Origin: Candidatus Gottesmanbacteria bacterium
Lineage (GTDB): Bacteria > Patescibacteriota > Microgenomatia > UBA10105 > UBA927
Length of the DNA stretch: 64,000 nt
Direction: 5' to 3'
NCBI GenBank assembly: GCA_030679255.1
Contig: JAUXTO010000022.1
Coordinates: 64,915-128,914, forward strand
Position numbers and translations under genes: made by a program. Below, piece by piece: positions 28,491 to 38,028 of this stretch (position 1 is the first letter of the stretch; the number at the start of each line of letters is the position of its first letter). Below the pieces are notes generated by a model, which was not told the DNA's origin, made no database searches, and saw only the letters and a program-made list of their open reading frames with translations.

Positions 28491-28539
28491 TCTGTTTTCT
28501 GTTATCTGTTATCTGCTATCTGTTATCTGTTATCTGATC
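28491..28539. repeat. 7 tandem copies of heptamer TCTGTTA/TCTGCTA in the divergent ftsB-xerC intergenic region
   Basis: Directly visible tandem array. Confidence 0.6.
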
Positions 28540-28663
28540 TCTCCCTCCTTCCCCCTTGTGTCACGACTTCTTCTATGATATTATAGGTCATTAGATTCAG
28601 CCTCAAGAGTGTATGTACGCTCCAAATAGGCTTCCTGCCACGACCTGCTAACACAATCGATAC

Positions 28664-29545
28664 ATGACCACGACACCTATTGATCTTAAAACCGCCCACG
28701 TCCGGTTTGTGGAATATCTCGGGAGCCGTAAGCGTGCCCGCGCCACCATCGTAGCATACGGCAAAGATATAGAACAACTCGCCGACTTCCTCACCAATAT
28801 GGGGAAAAAAACTATTACAGAGGTCTCCCGCGATGAATTGGATGCGTTTCTCAAAAAGCTGGGATCGGACAACTATACCCCCAAATCCGTTTCACGGAAA
28901 ATCAACTCGATTAAGACGTTTTTCCGGTTTCTCAAAACAAATGGATTGGTTTCTGCCGATCCGGCCGTAGAGATCGAGCACCCCAAATATGACGTCAAAC
29001 CTCCGAGAATCTTGAGTAAACTTGAATACCGGGCGCTGCGGGATGCTTGCAGGGGAGACGCCCGCACGTACGCCATTGTCGAACTCTTTCTCCAGACCGG
29101 CGTCCGGATTGGAGAACTCGCGGCGCTTACTCTGACGGACATCAAAGATACCGAACTCCATGTTGCGGCCCAAGAGGGTCATGCGGCACGCAATGTGCCA
29201 CTAAATAAAGCGGCGAAGGAAGCACTCACGAGTTACCTCAAGGCCCGGGACGCGGTAACCGCCAAAGATCCGGCCAACACTGCGCTCTTTATTACCAAGA
29301 CCGGCAAAGCCCTCCTCATCCGCAACATCCGGACCTCAATCGACCGCTATTTCCGGATTGCCGGCATTGATGGGGCAAAGGTCAATGACCTTCGGCACAC
29401 CTTCATTGCCCACCACCTCATGGCAGGGACATCGATCATGACCCTCTCTAAACTCGTCGGCCACAAGCGTCTCTCCACCACCGAAAAATACCTCGAACTC
29501 GTCAAAGGTAAACAGACGGAGAACGTCAAATTAGAGGAGTTATAA
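28664..29545 (+). CDS. tyrosine site-specific recombinase, XerC/XerD family
   Basis: N-terminal SAM-like core-binding domain; catalytic R (VRIGEL), H..R (LRHTFIAHHL) and Y (TTEKYLEL) motifs. Confidence 0.8.
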   Translation: MTTTPIDLKTAHVRFVEYLGSRKRARATIVAYGKDIEQLADFLTNMGKKTITEVSRDELDAFLKKLGSDNYTPKSVSRKINSIKTFFRFLKTNGLVSADPAVEIEHPKYDVKPPRILSKLEYRALRDACRGDARTYAIVELFLQTGVRIGELAALTLTDIKDTELHVAAQEGHAARNVPLNKAAKEALTSYLKARDAVTAKDPANTALFITKTGKALLIRNIRTSIDRYFRIAGIDGAKVNDLRHTFIAHHLMAGTSIMTLSKLVGHKRLSTTEKYLELVKGKQTENVKLEEL

Positions 29546-30050
29546 GCGCGGCTTCTTCCCGGCACCACGGAGAATAGACATTTGGATTCTTTTTGATTTC
29601 TTCCAAAAACTCCTCCCACTTCATCCATTTCCACGCGTCCACTTCTTTGGGGTCCGGCTTGGGGTCAGTATCGCAATATCCCACCAACACAGGACAAATC
29701 TCGTTTTCCACAATGCCATTGCTATCGGTAAACCGATATCGATACGGCGCCACTTCTTTTATGTCTCTTATGTCATATGTCTTAAGTCCTAATTCCACAT
29801 CCAACCGCCTCTTGGCGGCCTCGGTTACCCCCTCCCCCGGAGCAGGATGTCCACATACGGTATTTGTCCACACACCCGGAAACGTTTTTTTCTTCGAGGA
29901 TCGCTTGGTAAGCAGCAGTTCTTTTTTAGAATTAAACAGGAAGAGTGAAAACCCCCGGTGCAGCGGCGTATCCGTCGTATGAACAGCATCTTTGAGAGCC
30001 GTCCCAATCTCATTATTTTTGTCATCAACTAATACAACAAATTCTTCCAT
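29526..30050 (-). CDS. NUDIX hydrolase
   Basis: Nudix box GHPAPGEGVTEAAKRRLDVELGL. Confidence 0.8.
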   Translation of the reverse strand: MEEFVVLVDDKNNEIGTALKDAVHTTDTPLHRGFSLFLFNSKKELLLTKRSSKKKTFPGVWTNTVCGHPAPGEGVTEAAKRRLDVELGLKTYDIRDIKEVAPYRYRFTDSNGIVENEICPVLVGYCDTDPKPDPKEVDAWKWMKWEEFLEEIKKNPNVYSPWCREEAALITPLI

Positions 30051-30126
30051 ACGTATTTTCTATTATACGACAAAAAAAAAGGAACTCCACCTTGACAAAA
30101 AGATTATCTTAAGATAATCTTTATTT

Positions 30127-30378
30127 ATGAACATGCAAACAATATCCACAAAAACCCTCCGTGAAGATTTCTCCCAAGTGATCGCTGCTATGGAGATGGG
30201 CCAACCGCTCACGCTTCTCTACCGCTCGAGACCACTTGCTGAAATCAGGCCATTAGCACAAGCCAAAAGTGGACTCCGTTCATTTACAAAACAACAGCTC
30301 AAACAATGGATTGTCGCCGATTCGCTCACTGCTCGTGAACAATCCCAAGTAGATGCCATCATTAACGATCTTCCTTGA
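30127..30378 (+). CDS. Phd/YefM-type antitoxin
   Basis: ISTKTLREDFSQVIAAMEMGQPLTLLYRSRPLAEIRP is the YefM fold pattern. Overlaps the downstream PIN gene. Confidence 0.6.
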   Translation: MNMQTISTKTLREDFSQVIAAMEMGQPLTLLYRSRPLAEIRPLAQAKSGLRSFTKQQLKQWIVADSLTAREQSQVDAIINDLP

Positions 30379-30784
30379 CGCGTCTGTTATCCTCTCCGGA
30401 CTCGCCTCTCCGGGCGGCGGGTCGGGAAAACTCCTCGTGGCCGCCACCCAAAAAAAATTGACATTGCTCACGACGCCGCGTGTCATAGAAGAAGTGGTTC
30501 GGCACCTGGACAAATTGCATATCGCCCCAGGCGACCTTCATCAACTTCTCTCTGACAAAATAGTGCGACTGCTGGCTGACCCCAATGAGGAGACGATCAA
30601 AAAATTTCGTCGAGTCATAACAGACCCTGATGACGCCCACGTTCTGGCTGGCGCCGTGACATCCGGCGCAGGCGTTCTTCTTTCACTCGACAAAAAACAC
30701 GTCTTGGCTCCCAACGTGGTGAAAGCACTTCGCCCCATATCCATCCAATCTCCGAAGAGCTTTTGGAGAGGATTGCAGAAGTAA
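30353..30784 (+). CDS. PIN-domain protein (putative toxin)
   Basis: IFLDASVILSGL start and acidic residues D..E..D..D consistent with a PIN fold. Confidence 0.55.
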   Translation: MPSLTIFLDASVILSGLASPGGGSGKLLVAATQKKLTLLTTPRVIEEVVRHLDKLHIAPGDLHQLLSDKIVRLLADPNEETIKKFRRVITDPDDAHVLAGAVTSGAGVLLSLDKKHVLAPNVVKALRPISIQSPKSFWRGLQK

Positions 30785-30804
30785 TCAGCATGGCATGTGG
30801 CCAC

Positions 30805-31527
30805 TCACTTCATGCTCGTTAGCACAAACGTTGCATCGTCATCAAGCCATTTATCACCATTCTGGTGGGCTTTAATATATGGTCGATATGCTAACTCTAT
30901 TGCCTCAATACCACCAATCATAAGCTGATTTGTAAAATTTTCCAACAATCGAATCATGTCATCTTGAGCAAGCATAAATTCATTATTACTCGCTAGATTT
31001 TCAACCATGTTCACCGCATTATGCGCATGATTTTTTGCGATAGAACCTATCACTTCGGGATGAAGAACCAATTGCAATCCTCCATCAGTGACCATCATTG
31101 CGTATCTTACGTCATGCAGAGAAGATGAACGAAGCGATTGGACCTCGATTTGACGGTTATCTACGCCAATATACCCAGGTATAGGACGAAGAATGCCATC
31201 CTCGCTCACCCAATAGATAAAATACCCCCCCTGCGCGGCTTTCAACTCAAATGAATATCCTTTCCCTAAATCTATACGCTGGTATGCAATATATTGTTGA
31301 TCATCATTATTCGTCAATAACAACTCAGCAACCTGTTCTGCTCTCTTTCTATTGCCATCACTCGTCGCTCCCGGACCATCAACCAGTACTAAACGACCAC
31401 CCCTACTCTTTACAACGTCTGCTCCCGCTGATCCATCTGAAGTCATCTGTATTGTGAGAACAGTATGATCACCAATTTTTTCTCTACGTGGTTCCAGGGC
31501 GATGCATTGAGGGATTGGCTCCGTCAT
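30805..31527 (-). CDS. hypothetical protein
   Basis: 240-aa ORF; faint PP2C-like pattern (LVLVDGPG...MMVTDGGL) but not convincing. Confidence 0.3.
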   Translation of the reverse strand: MTEPIPQCIALEPRREKIGDHTVLTIQMTSDGSAGADVVKSRGGRLVLVDGPGATSDGNRKRAEQVAELLLTNNDDQQYIAYQRIDLGKGYSFELKAAQGGYFIYWVSEDGILRPIPGYIGVDNRQIEVQSLRSSSLHDVRYAMMVTDGGLQLVLHPEVIGSIAKNHAHNAVNMVENLASNNEFMLAQDDMIRLLENFTNQLMIGGIEAIELAYRPYIKAHQNGDKWLDDDATFVLTSMK

Positions 31528-31572
31528 ATGATTTACTCCGTATCTACTTATCAGATAAAAAAATAATAAATT

Positions 31573-31644
31573 GTGGGCCCGCTTGGTGACGATCCAAGTG
31601 CCCCCGTCTTATAAGGACGATGCTCTACCGATGAGCTACGGGCC
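31573..31644 (-). tRNA. putative tRNA-Ile (anticodon TAT) with non-canonical T loop
   Basis: Acceptor GGGCCCG/CGGGCCC; D arm TA GCTC ATCGGTA GAGC; anticodon stem TCGTC/GACGG with loop CTTATAA (U33, UAU, A37); T stem CTTGG/CCAAG with loop ATCGTCA (A54/U58 instead of U54/A58). Confidence 0.5.
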
Positions 31645-31665
31645 CCGAGAGCATTATACCAAATC

Positions 31666-32346
31666 TCATATCCTAGTCGCGTAATATTCGGCAATGGCCT
31701 TTATTCCCAATAGCACGCGTTCCTTCAGTCGGGCGTTATTAAAAATTAATCCACATGTTCCATGTCCATAACCTTTATGATCTACCATCATACGCAAACT
31801 TTTCTTTACATATGGCTTCTGAAATTGCGTAAGAGACAATTTCAACGTAGTGCTCCAATACAACATCTCTTTCTCCCTATCCATATCGCTATACAAATGT
31901 AGGCTTACGTGTATTCTCTCCTTTGGAACTTTGAGTATCTTTAGCAGCCAATAAAGATAGAACTTTACCACCATCGGATCAGTATTATTTAAAGCAATAC
32001 TCGTTGGAGTTCTTTTATTGCCCTCGCCCCAATAGAGAAAAAGTCCAGCTATTTCTAGTGATTTTAGATCGATAGGCACTAAACGTTTTTTCTCTTGAGA
32101 GTATATCTGTGACAGACGCGCTTGTCGTTTATTAAGTTTTACGATTCTCGTTTTTTCAACTGCTAATTCTCTACTTTTTTTCTTATTAACCGCTAGTGAA
32201 ACCATCTGATCGTTTGTTAACGGTTCATCACGCAACCACTCAGAAAGAGTACTTTTGGAGACGCGGAGTCGCTTTTTGATTTCTCCATACGTCATCCCCT
32301 GTTTTCTAAAAAAAATAGCTTTTCGTCTATCAATAACTCGAGCCAT
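31666..32346 (-). CDS. HTH-domain protein, possible LAGLIDADG-like endonuclease (speculative)
   Basis: N-terminal FRKQGMTYGEIKKRLRVSKSTLSEWL is a clear HTH. GLFLYWGEGNKRT weakly resembles a LAGLIDADG (GxIDGEG) motif. Immediately upstream of a tRNA gene. Confidence 0.3.
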   Translation of the reverse strand: MARVIDRRKAIFFRKQGMTYGEIKKRLRVSKSTLSEWLRDEPLTNDQMVSLAVNKKKSRELAVEKTRIVKLNKRQARLSQIYSQEKKRLVPIDLKSLEIAGLFLYWGEGNKRTPTSIALNNTDPMVVKFYLYWLLKILKVPKERIHVSLHLYSDMDREKEMLYWSTTLKLSLTQFQKPYVKKSLRMMVDHKGYGHGTCGLIFNNARLKERVLLGIKAIAEYYATRI

Positions 32347-32422
32347 AATCGAACTTAAAAAGTTATACTGTACAAGTATAATACTAAATATCGAAAAAAT
32401 AATCTACAAGAGGAATATAGCG

Positions 32423-33796
32423 TCAAACCAGAAGGAGCCTTTCCATTTCCGCTTCCAATTCCAAAGCCCGCTTTTTATTCTGCCCGAAGATGATGTACTG
32501 CATCTGCCCCATCTCTAACATATTTTCAGAAACAAGAATCACACCTTCATGTGTTTTTTTATCAAACTGTACCGGCTTCAGCGTTTCTAACATTGAAATA
32601 AAGGTAAACTTTTTTCCCTGCGGCAAAGGATAGGTGTTGCACGAGAGCGTATACGTCTCATACATAAACTCTTTTCCGAATATTCGGTTAGCGACAGCAT
32701 AGACGTGCGTCCCGCCGGTACGCCGGACATTGGATTCTGTTACAAAAAGCTCCCCTCCCCGACCAGCGACAAAGTCCACATCGTAGTACCCGCGGTACCC
32801 CGCCTTGGCATACTGCTCGCCGACAAAAAATCCGGTATCGACCATCTGCGCCTCTACGCTGTCGGAAACTACGCTATGGTGTATCTCCACACCACGGAAT
32901 GAGCCCTGAGGGGTCACGCGCATACCACAGTAATACAAAAATTCTACCTTCCCGCTTTTTTGTACTTTAAACTCCACATTAGGAAACCCGCCGCCTACAG
33001 AAGGATTACAGGCGATATAGTCTTCTATGACAATGGGAAACCGGTCCCAGAATACGTCTTTCGAGAGAATCTCCCGGATTTTCTCGCGGCACACGCTATA
33101 CTGCTGCGGAAGTTCGCCGGGACGGAAGATAAGGACCCCGCTCCCCGAATGCCCTTTATTGGTTTTGATGACCACTCCATCGCGGGCGACGTATTTGTTG
33201 GCGGCGATACGCGCCGCGTCATCGATCCCCACGCAAAACATCCCGTCAGCCATACGCAGGTCCGGCTCTACTGCCCCGCTTTTTTGCACAAACTGCCGGA
33301 TGCCGGATTTACTGCCAAAAAAGTTGACAATCCATGCATCTTCCTCTTCCGGCGCTTCCGGGGTATGCACCGCAATCCCCCGCTCCCGCAAAACCTTTAC
33401 TAGCTGCAAAAACTGCAAGGATGTCGTGTAGGAGAGGAGCGTGAGCGATTTGTTTGAGCCCGAAGCGCTGACTAATTCCCCCATTATTTCTTCACTGCGC
33501 AGTATGTCTTCACAAATCTCTCCTGTGTGTTTTGGGGGCACAATCACCCGAGCGTTATTGATATTCATGATCTGGCTGTAATATGAGAGATACGTCTCGC
33601 TCACCAGACGCGGCAATACGTAGAGAATCCCGCCATTTGGGGCCACAGCAAAGATGTCGCGGTCTCCGAGGTGGGCGTTATCCTCGATCTCAAACTCAAA
33701 CATCTTTTTGTCGGAGATGCTCGATATGAAAGGCCACACATCCTCAGACATGTTGGCAATATAGACCGTAATTTCATCACCCATGATATTCAACAC
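32423..33796 (-). CDS. ATP-grasp-like domain protein (tentative)
   Basis: GVVIKTNKGHSGSGVLIF resembles the ATP-grasp lysine/glycine-rich loop. Confidence 0.3.
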   Translation of the reverse strand: MLNIMGDEITVYIANMSEDVWPFISSISDKKMFEFEIEDNAHLGDRDIFAVAPNGGILYVLPRLVSETYLSYYSQIMNINNARVIVPPKHTGEICEDILRSEEIMGELVSASGSNKSLTLLSYTTSLQFLQLVKVLRERGIAVHTPEAPEEEDAWIVNFFGSKSGIRQFVQKSGAVEPDLRMADGMFCVGIDDAARIAANKYVARDGVVIKTNKGHSGSGVLIFRPGELPQQYSVCREKIREILSKDVFWDRFPIVIEDYIACNPSVGGGFPNVEFKVQKSGKVEFLYYCGMRVTPQGSFRGVEIHHSVVSDSVEAQMVDTGFFVGEQYAKAGYRGYYDVDFVAGRGGELFVTESNVRRTGGTHVYAVANRIFGKEFMYETYTLSCNTYPLPQGKKFTFISMLETLKPVQFDKKTHEGVILVSENMLEMGQMQYIIFGQNKKRALELEAEMERLLLV

Positions 33797-33882
33797 TATA
33801 TGTCCTGCAGAAAAAGTAAAGAGACAGTTTTCTGGGTGAGACGATTTGACAACATTGAAGTGTTACGTTATACTTTATAGAT

Positions 33883-34866
33883 ATGAAACAGATACTCGCC
33901 ACACTTGAGGCAAAAAAGCAACGTCTTGATGCCCATCGTCCACTCCCTTTGGCTCTTGTCCGTAACCTCAACGATTGGTTCAGCATCGAATTGACTTATA
34001 CCAGTAACGCGATTGAGGGCAATACGTTGTCGCGCGCTGAAACTGCGCTCATTGTGGAAAAAGGTCTCACGGTAGAAGGAAAAACGCTCAGCGAGCATCT
34101 GGAGGCAGTCAATCATGCGCAGGCGATCGAATATGTAGCCACACTGAGCAATCGTACGCGGGTTGATCTCACGCAAAAGCATCTCTTAGAACTCCATCGG
34201 TTGATTCTACAAAAAATTGATGATGCCAACGCCGGCCGGTATCGGAGCGTTTCCGTACGGATTGCCGGCTCCCGCGCTATCATGCCAAACCCCATGAAAG
34301 TCCCCCGCCTCTGCGATGAATTTATGACGTGGCTCACGAAAGCACAGGGCAATGAACTCATGATTGCCGCCGACGCGCACTTCCGGTTCGTCAGTATCCA
34401 CCCGTTCACCGACGGCAACGGTCGCACGGCACGGCTCTTGATGAACCTCGTATTGATGCAGGCCGGTTTCCCCCCGGCGATTATCCGCAAAGAGGATCGC
34501 AAACGGTACATCGACAGTATTGAGGCAGGGCAACTCGGAAAGTCACTGGACGACTACTATCAATTAATTTTTGAATCGGTCGACCGGTCGTTGGATATAT
34601 ATCTCGATGCCGTTGAGCAGAAAGAAAAAACGGATGTCATCACGAATAAAAAACAAATTAAAATTGGAGAGCTTGCGACACTCGCGGGTGAATCAGTCCC
34701 TACGATCCGGCATTGGACAAAAGAAGGACTCCTCGCCGTCGCCGCCCGCTCCCCCGGCGGATACCAGCTCTATGACGTGAGTCAGGTTGGGGTCATTAAA
34801 AAAATTATAAAACTGCAGGAGAAACGCTTCACTCTTGCAGAGATTAAAAAGTCACTCAACACCTAA
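33883..34866 (+). CDS. Fic-family protein with C-terminal MerR-like HTH
   Basis: HPFTDGNGRTARLLMNLVLM Fic motif; C-terminal IKIGELATLAGESVPTIRHWTKEGLL HTH. Paralog of 26232-27245. Confidence 0.85.
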   Translation: MKQILATLEAKKQRLDAHRPLPLALVRNLNDWFSIELTYTSNAIEGNTLSRAETALIVEKGLTVEGKTLSEHLEAVNHAQAIEYVATLSNRTRVDLTQKHLLELHRLILQKIDDANAGRYRSVSVRIAGSRAIMPNPMKVPRLCDEFMTWLTKAQGNELMIAADAHFRFVSIHPFTDGNGRTARLLMNLVLMQAGFPPAIIRKEDRKRYIDSIEAGQLGKSLDDYYQLIFESVDRSLDIYLDAVEQKEKTDVITNKKQIKIGELATLAGESVPTIRHWTKEGLLAVAARSPGGYQLYDVSQVGVIKKIIKLQEKRFTLAEIKKSLNT

Positions 34867-34956
34867 AATACACCCCTCCATCATCAACATTATCGCCATT
34901 TCTGGCAACAACTCCGATGATGGAGGGGGTCTTGCGTCTTGAATCTGCGGGGTGGG

Positions 34957-35220
34957 TTAGGTGGTCATCGGTTCTGTCGCAAAGCTGTAAACCGACTTTA
35001 CGCCGGTAATATGTAGCTTTGGACCGAGCCCTGGTTCACCGTTGGTGACCAGATAATGATATTCTGGACTACCCCATGACGGGCTCACTCGCTCTAAAGT
35101 CGCGTTTCCATTTGCGACAATGCGACTCAACTCTGCCTCGAATACTTCGGGGTTAACTTTGCCTTCGAAGAACACCTCATTATTGATTTTGATTAGGTGA
35201 TTCATTGCAAATCCTTTCAT
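34957..35220 (-). CDS. hypothetical small protein
   Basis: 87-aa ORF, no motif. Confidence 0.3.
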   Translation of the reverse strand: MKGFAMNHLIKINNEVFFEGKVNPEVFEAELSRIVANGNATLERVSPSWGSPEYHYLVTNGEPGLGPKLHITGVKSVYSFATEPMTT

Positions 35221-35594
35221 TATTTACTCCAGGTGTCATTCCATAAAACAGGAATCCTCTTTTTCTTTTTATTTTTCTCATCACTTCCTCTCTAAAATTT
35301 ATTGGCCGATCAGAGAGATTGAGACTATATCATCTCAACCTATTTAACCGGCCAATATCACCAAAGAATTCCTCCCGCAGATTGTCAAGGTGCTTCCGAG
35401 CACCGCAGTCCCGAACCGACGCCCCTCTGAGGCAAGGACGTAGCCCTTGCGAAGAGGTAAGTCTGGTTCTGGGATAACGTGCTAGAAAATAATGGTAAAC
35501 CAACAAAAAAACGCGTCGCTTTGTGACGCTCTTTATTGGCCTACGTATCAATGGAGTTTAGAAGAAGAAGATGAAGAAGTCAAATGCTATAGGA

Positions 35595-37985
35595 CTAAAG
35601 CCTCGCCCGCTGGGCGATTTCCGCTTCCACGAGCTCTTTGCTGCGACCGTATTTGAGGCGGGAGAGTTGGACGATGGCGGCAGCAACTGCCTGATTTTTG
35701 GAGGCAACTACTTTGCTCATATCCTTCGTCAAATCCATGCTAAAGGGCTTCACCGGCTCATTGTGGACCGTGGTTTTGACGTAGGCGTTGAAACGGTCGA
35801 TGTTGATGAGGTCTGACTCATTGAAGGTCGGCTGAAATTCATGTTGCAAATAGTTGGCATCCGTCACGCCAATACGGAATGAGGCCACGGTGCCGACGTT
35901 TCCAAATACGGCATTTTTCACTTCCTCTTCCATCTGCCCGATGAACTGATTGGCGACAATCAGATTGAGTCGGTATTTCCGGGCTTCGGAGAGAATTTGC
36001 GCAAAGTCCGGGGTCGCAAAATTTTGAAACTCATCGACGTAAAGATAAAAATCGCGCCGCTTTTCCTCCGGTATTTCCTGCCGGCTCATGGCGGAGATCA
36101 AAATACGGGGAACAAGGATAAGTCCAAGGAAATTGCTGTTCTCCTCACCAAGTTTCCCTTTAGCAAGATTGACCAAGAGGATCTTCCCCTCATCCATGAC
36201 TTTCCGAAACTCGAAGCTCGAGTTGGATTGCCCGATGATATTGCGGATGAGTTTATTGGTAATGAAGCGGCCAAATTTCGAGACGATGTAGTCCAGAACC
36301 TCGGATTTATGAAAGTCTGCCGTTTGGGCAATCTGATCCGTCCAATACCGCCGCACAATCGGATCTTTAACCAATGGTAATAACGACTGCACGAAGTCCG
36401 GCCGCTGGAGGGTCTGCACAACCTCAATGAATGTGCCGTTGGGAATGGCTTCCATGACGGTAAGCATTGCGTTTCGTATTGCGTGCTCAAACCGTGGCCC
36501 GATGATACCCGTTTTCATAGGGTCAAAGAGTTTATACATGAGTCCGACGATCGAGGTCGCCACAAAATGCTTTTGCAATTCTGTTTTCGCTTCCAATAAA
36601 TTCAGTCCGATCGGCCGCTCGCTGTCTCCGGGATCAAAATAAATGACGTCTTCAGCCCGCTCCGGCGGCATGCGCGCAAGGATATTTTCAACCAAATCTC
36701 CGTGGGGATCAACGACTGCCAACCCGTGCCCGGCGTGGATATCCTGCATGACCATCTCTTCAAGAAGTTGTGATTTACCTGTACCGGTTTTTCCGATGAT
36801 GTACATGTGCCGCCTCCGGTCGTCTTCACCGATATAAATCCTGCGGTCTTGCCCGCGGTACCGGGAAATCCCCATGAATAATCCTGACGAGGGAATCTGA
36901 GACGGAGCAGGGGCGCGCTTGGCGTTTAGCCAAAAGATGTGGGCGGTCTCAACCGATTTATTCGGCAAATGGAAAATGGTCGCTAGCTCATCGGTTGATA
37001 AGACGCTATGCTGCGGCAGGAGCGGCAAATTGATGACCGGAAAATATCGGTAAATGAAGTCCACCATAAACAGCTGTTTGAACGGGAGCTTCACTTTCGT
37101 AAAATTATTGTGGTCACTGGCAAACTGCTCAAATGCGCCGATAAGATTCTCGAGATGCCGTTTTGCCGATTCCTCATCCGGAGAAGATATGACCAGCCGG
37201 ACAACCGCATTAAATCCGGGCTTACTCACTTTGCCCTCGATAGCCTCGAGACTCTTGGGGTCCACTTTAAAACTCGCTTTTTCGGGATTCGCTTCGTCTT
37301 TCTTCACTTTGGAGATGTATCCCCGGCCGAGTTTACGCCACTTACTATCCGCCGGTTGGATGAGGATCTGGACGGCAGCCCCCTCCCCTTCCGCCATTTT
37401 TGCCAAAACCGAGGTGATTGAAGAAAGAGGATCTACCGGTAAATCCCGATAAATGCGCATCGGGAAATAATTAGAACTTTTGAGTTTAAGCGCCGCAAAC
37501 GCGACCTTACCGGTCTGAGAAAATATCGTGTATTCGTCTACCTCCTTGATATCCGCCCCGCTATAACTCCCGTGGATTTGCTTTTCTACGTAATCCATGA
37601 GTTTGCGTGGGCACGAGACATAAAAACGGATATCTTCGCGCTTGGCGACAATCTCAAACGAGATGTGCTCCTGTGGCTTGAGGAACGACCAAAATCCGCC
37701 GTGAGATATGGAATGAAGACTTGCAAACAACTGTTCCGCTGCATCTATTTTTATCTCATTTTCCCTAGGGACGGCTATCTGCATGAGGACATACTCGAGA
37801 CTGCGCTCTTCGCGTTTCCTATATTTCCACATGAGAAACGCGACGTAGCCAAGGATTACCAAACCCGCAAGAAACACCACTAACAATAAAAGGCTTACGG
37901 CAAATACTTCCAATTGATAAGTGAGGTCTGTAAATTGTAATGGCATATAACGAGTCGTAAAGTCCGTAAAGTTGAAAGTCTTCAT
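35595..37985 (-). CDS. VirB4/TrbE-like type IV secretion ATPase (AAA-like, DUF87-type), N-terminal TM segments
   Basis: Two N-terminal TM helices; Walker A MYIIGKTGTGKSQLL; Walker B LYVDEFQNF; ~800 aa, as for VirB4/CagE/TrbE. Confidence 0.6.
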   Translation of the reverse strand: MKTFNFTDFTTRYMPLQFTDLTYQLEVFAVSLLLLVVFLAGLVILGYVAFLMWKYRKREERSLEYVLMQIAVPRENEIKIDAAEQLFASLHSISHGGFWSFLKPQEHISFEIVAKREDIRFYVSCPRKLMDYVEKQIHGSYSGADIKEVDEYTIFSQTGKVAFAALKLKSSNYFPMRIYRDLPVDPLSSITSVLAKMAEGEGAAVQILIQPADSKWRKLGRGYISKVKKDEANPEKASFKVDPKSLEAIEGKVSKPGFNAVVRLVISSPDEESAKRHLENLIGAFEQFASDHNNFTKVKLPFKQLFMVDFIYRYFPVINLPLLPQHSVLSTDELATIFHLPNKSVETAHIFWLNAKRAPAPSQIPSSGLFMGISRYRGQDRRIYIGEDDRRRHMYIIGKTGTGKSQLLEEMVMQDIHAGHGLAVVDPHGDLVENILARMPPERAEDVIYFDPGDSERPIGLNLLEAKTELQKHFVATSIVGLMYKLFDPMKTGIIGPRFEHAIRNAMLTVMEAIPNGTFIEVVQTLQRPDFVQSLLPLVKDPIVRRYWTDQIAQTADFHKSEVLDYIVSKFGRFITNKLIRNIIGQSNSSFEFRKVMDEGKILLVNLAKGKLGEENSNFLGLILVPRILISAMSRQEIPEEKRRDFYLYVDEFQNFATPDFAQILSEARKYRLNLIVANQFIGQMEEEVKNAVFGNVGTVASFRIGVTDANYLQHEFQPTFNESDLINIDRFNAYVKTTVHNEPVKPFSMDLTKDMSKVVASKNQAVAAAIVQLSRLKYGRSKELVEAEIAQRARL

Positions 37986-38028
37986 GTAACGCTTTATCGA
38001 CTTTAAAGACTTTTTGACTTTATAGACT

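Noticed and set aside
28664-29545. Calling the tyrosine recombinase the integrase of a tRNA-Met-associated island
   Set aside because: It has the compact XerC/D domain organisation. The essential ftsB-like gene lies between it and the tRNA, and no duplicated tRNA-Met 3' segment was found within the window. It is kept as a Xer-family recombinase with the island idea only as a low-weight possibility.
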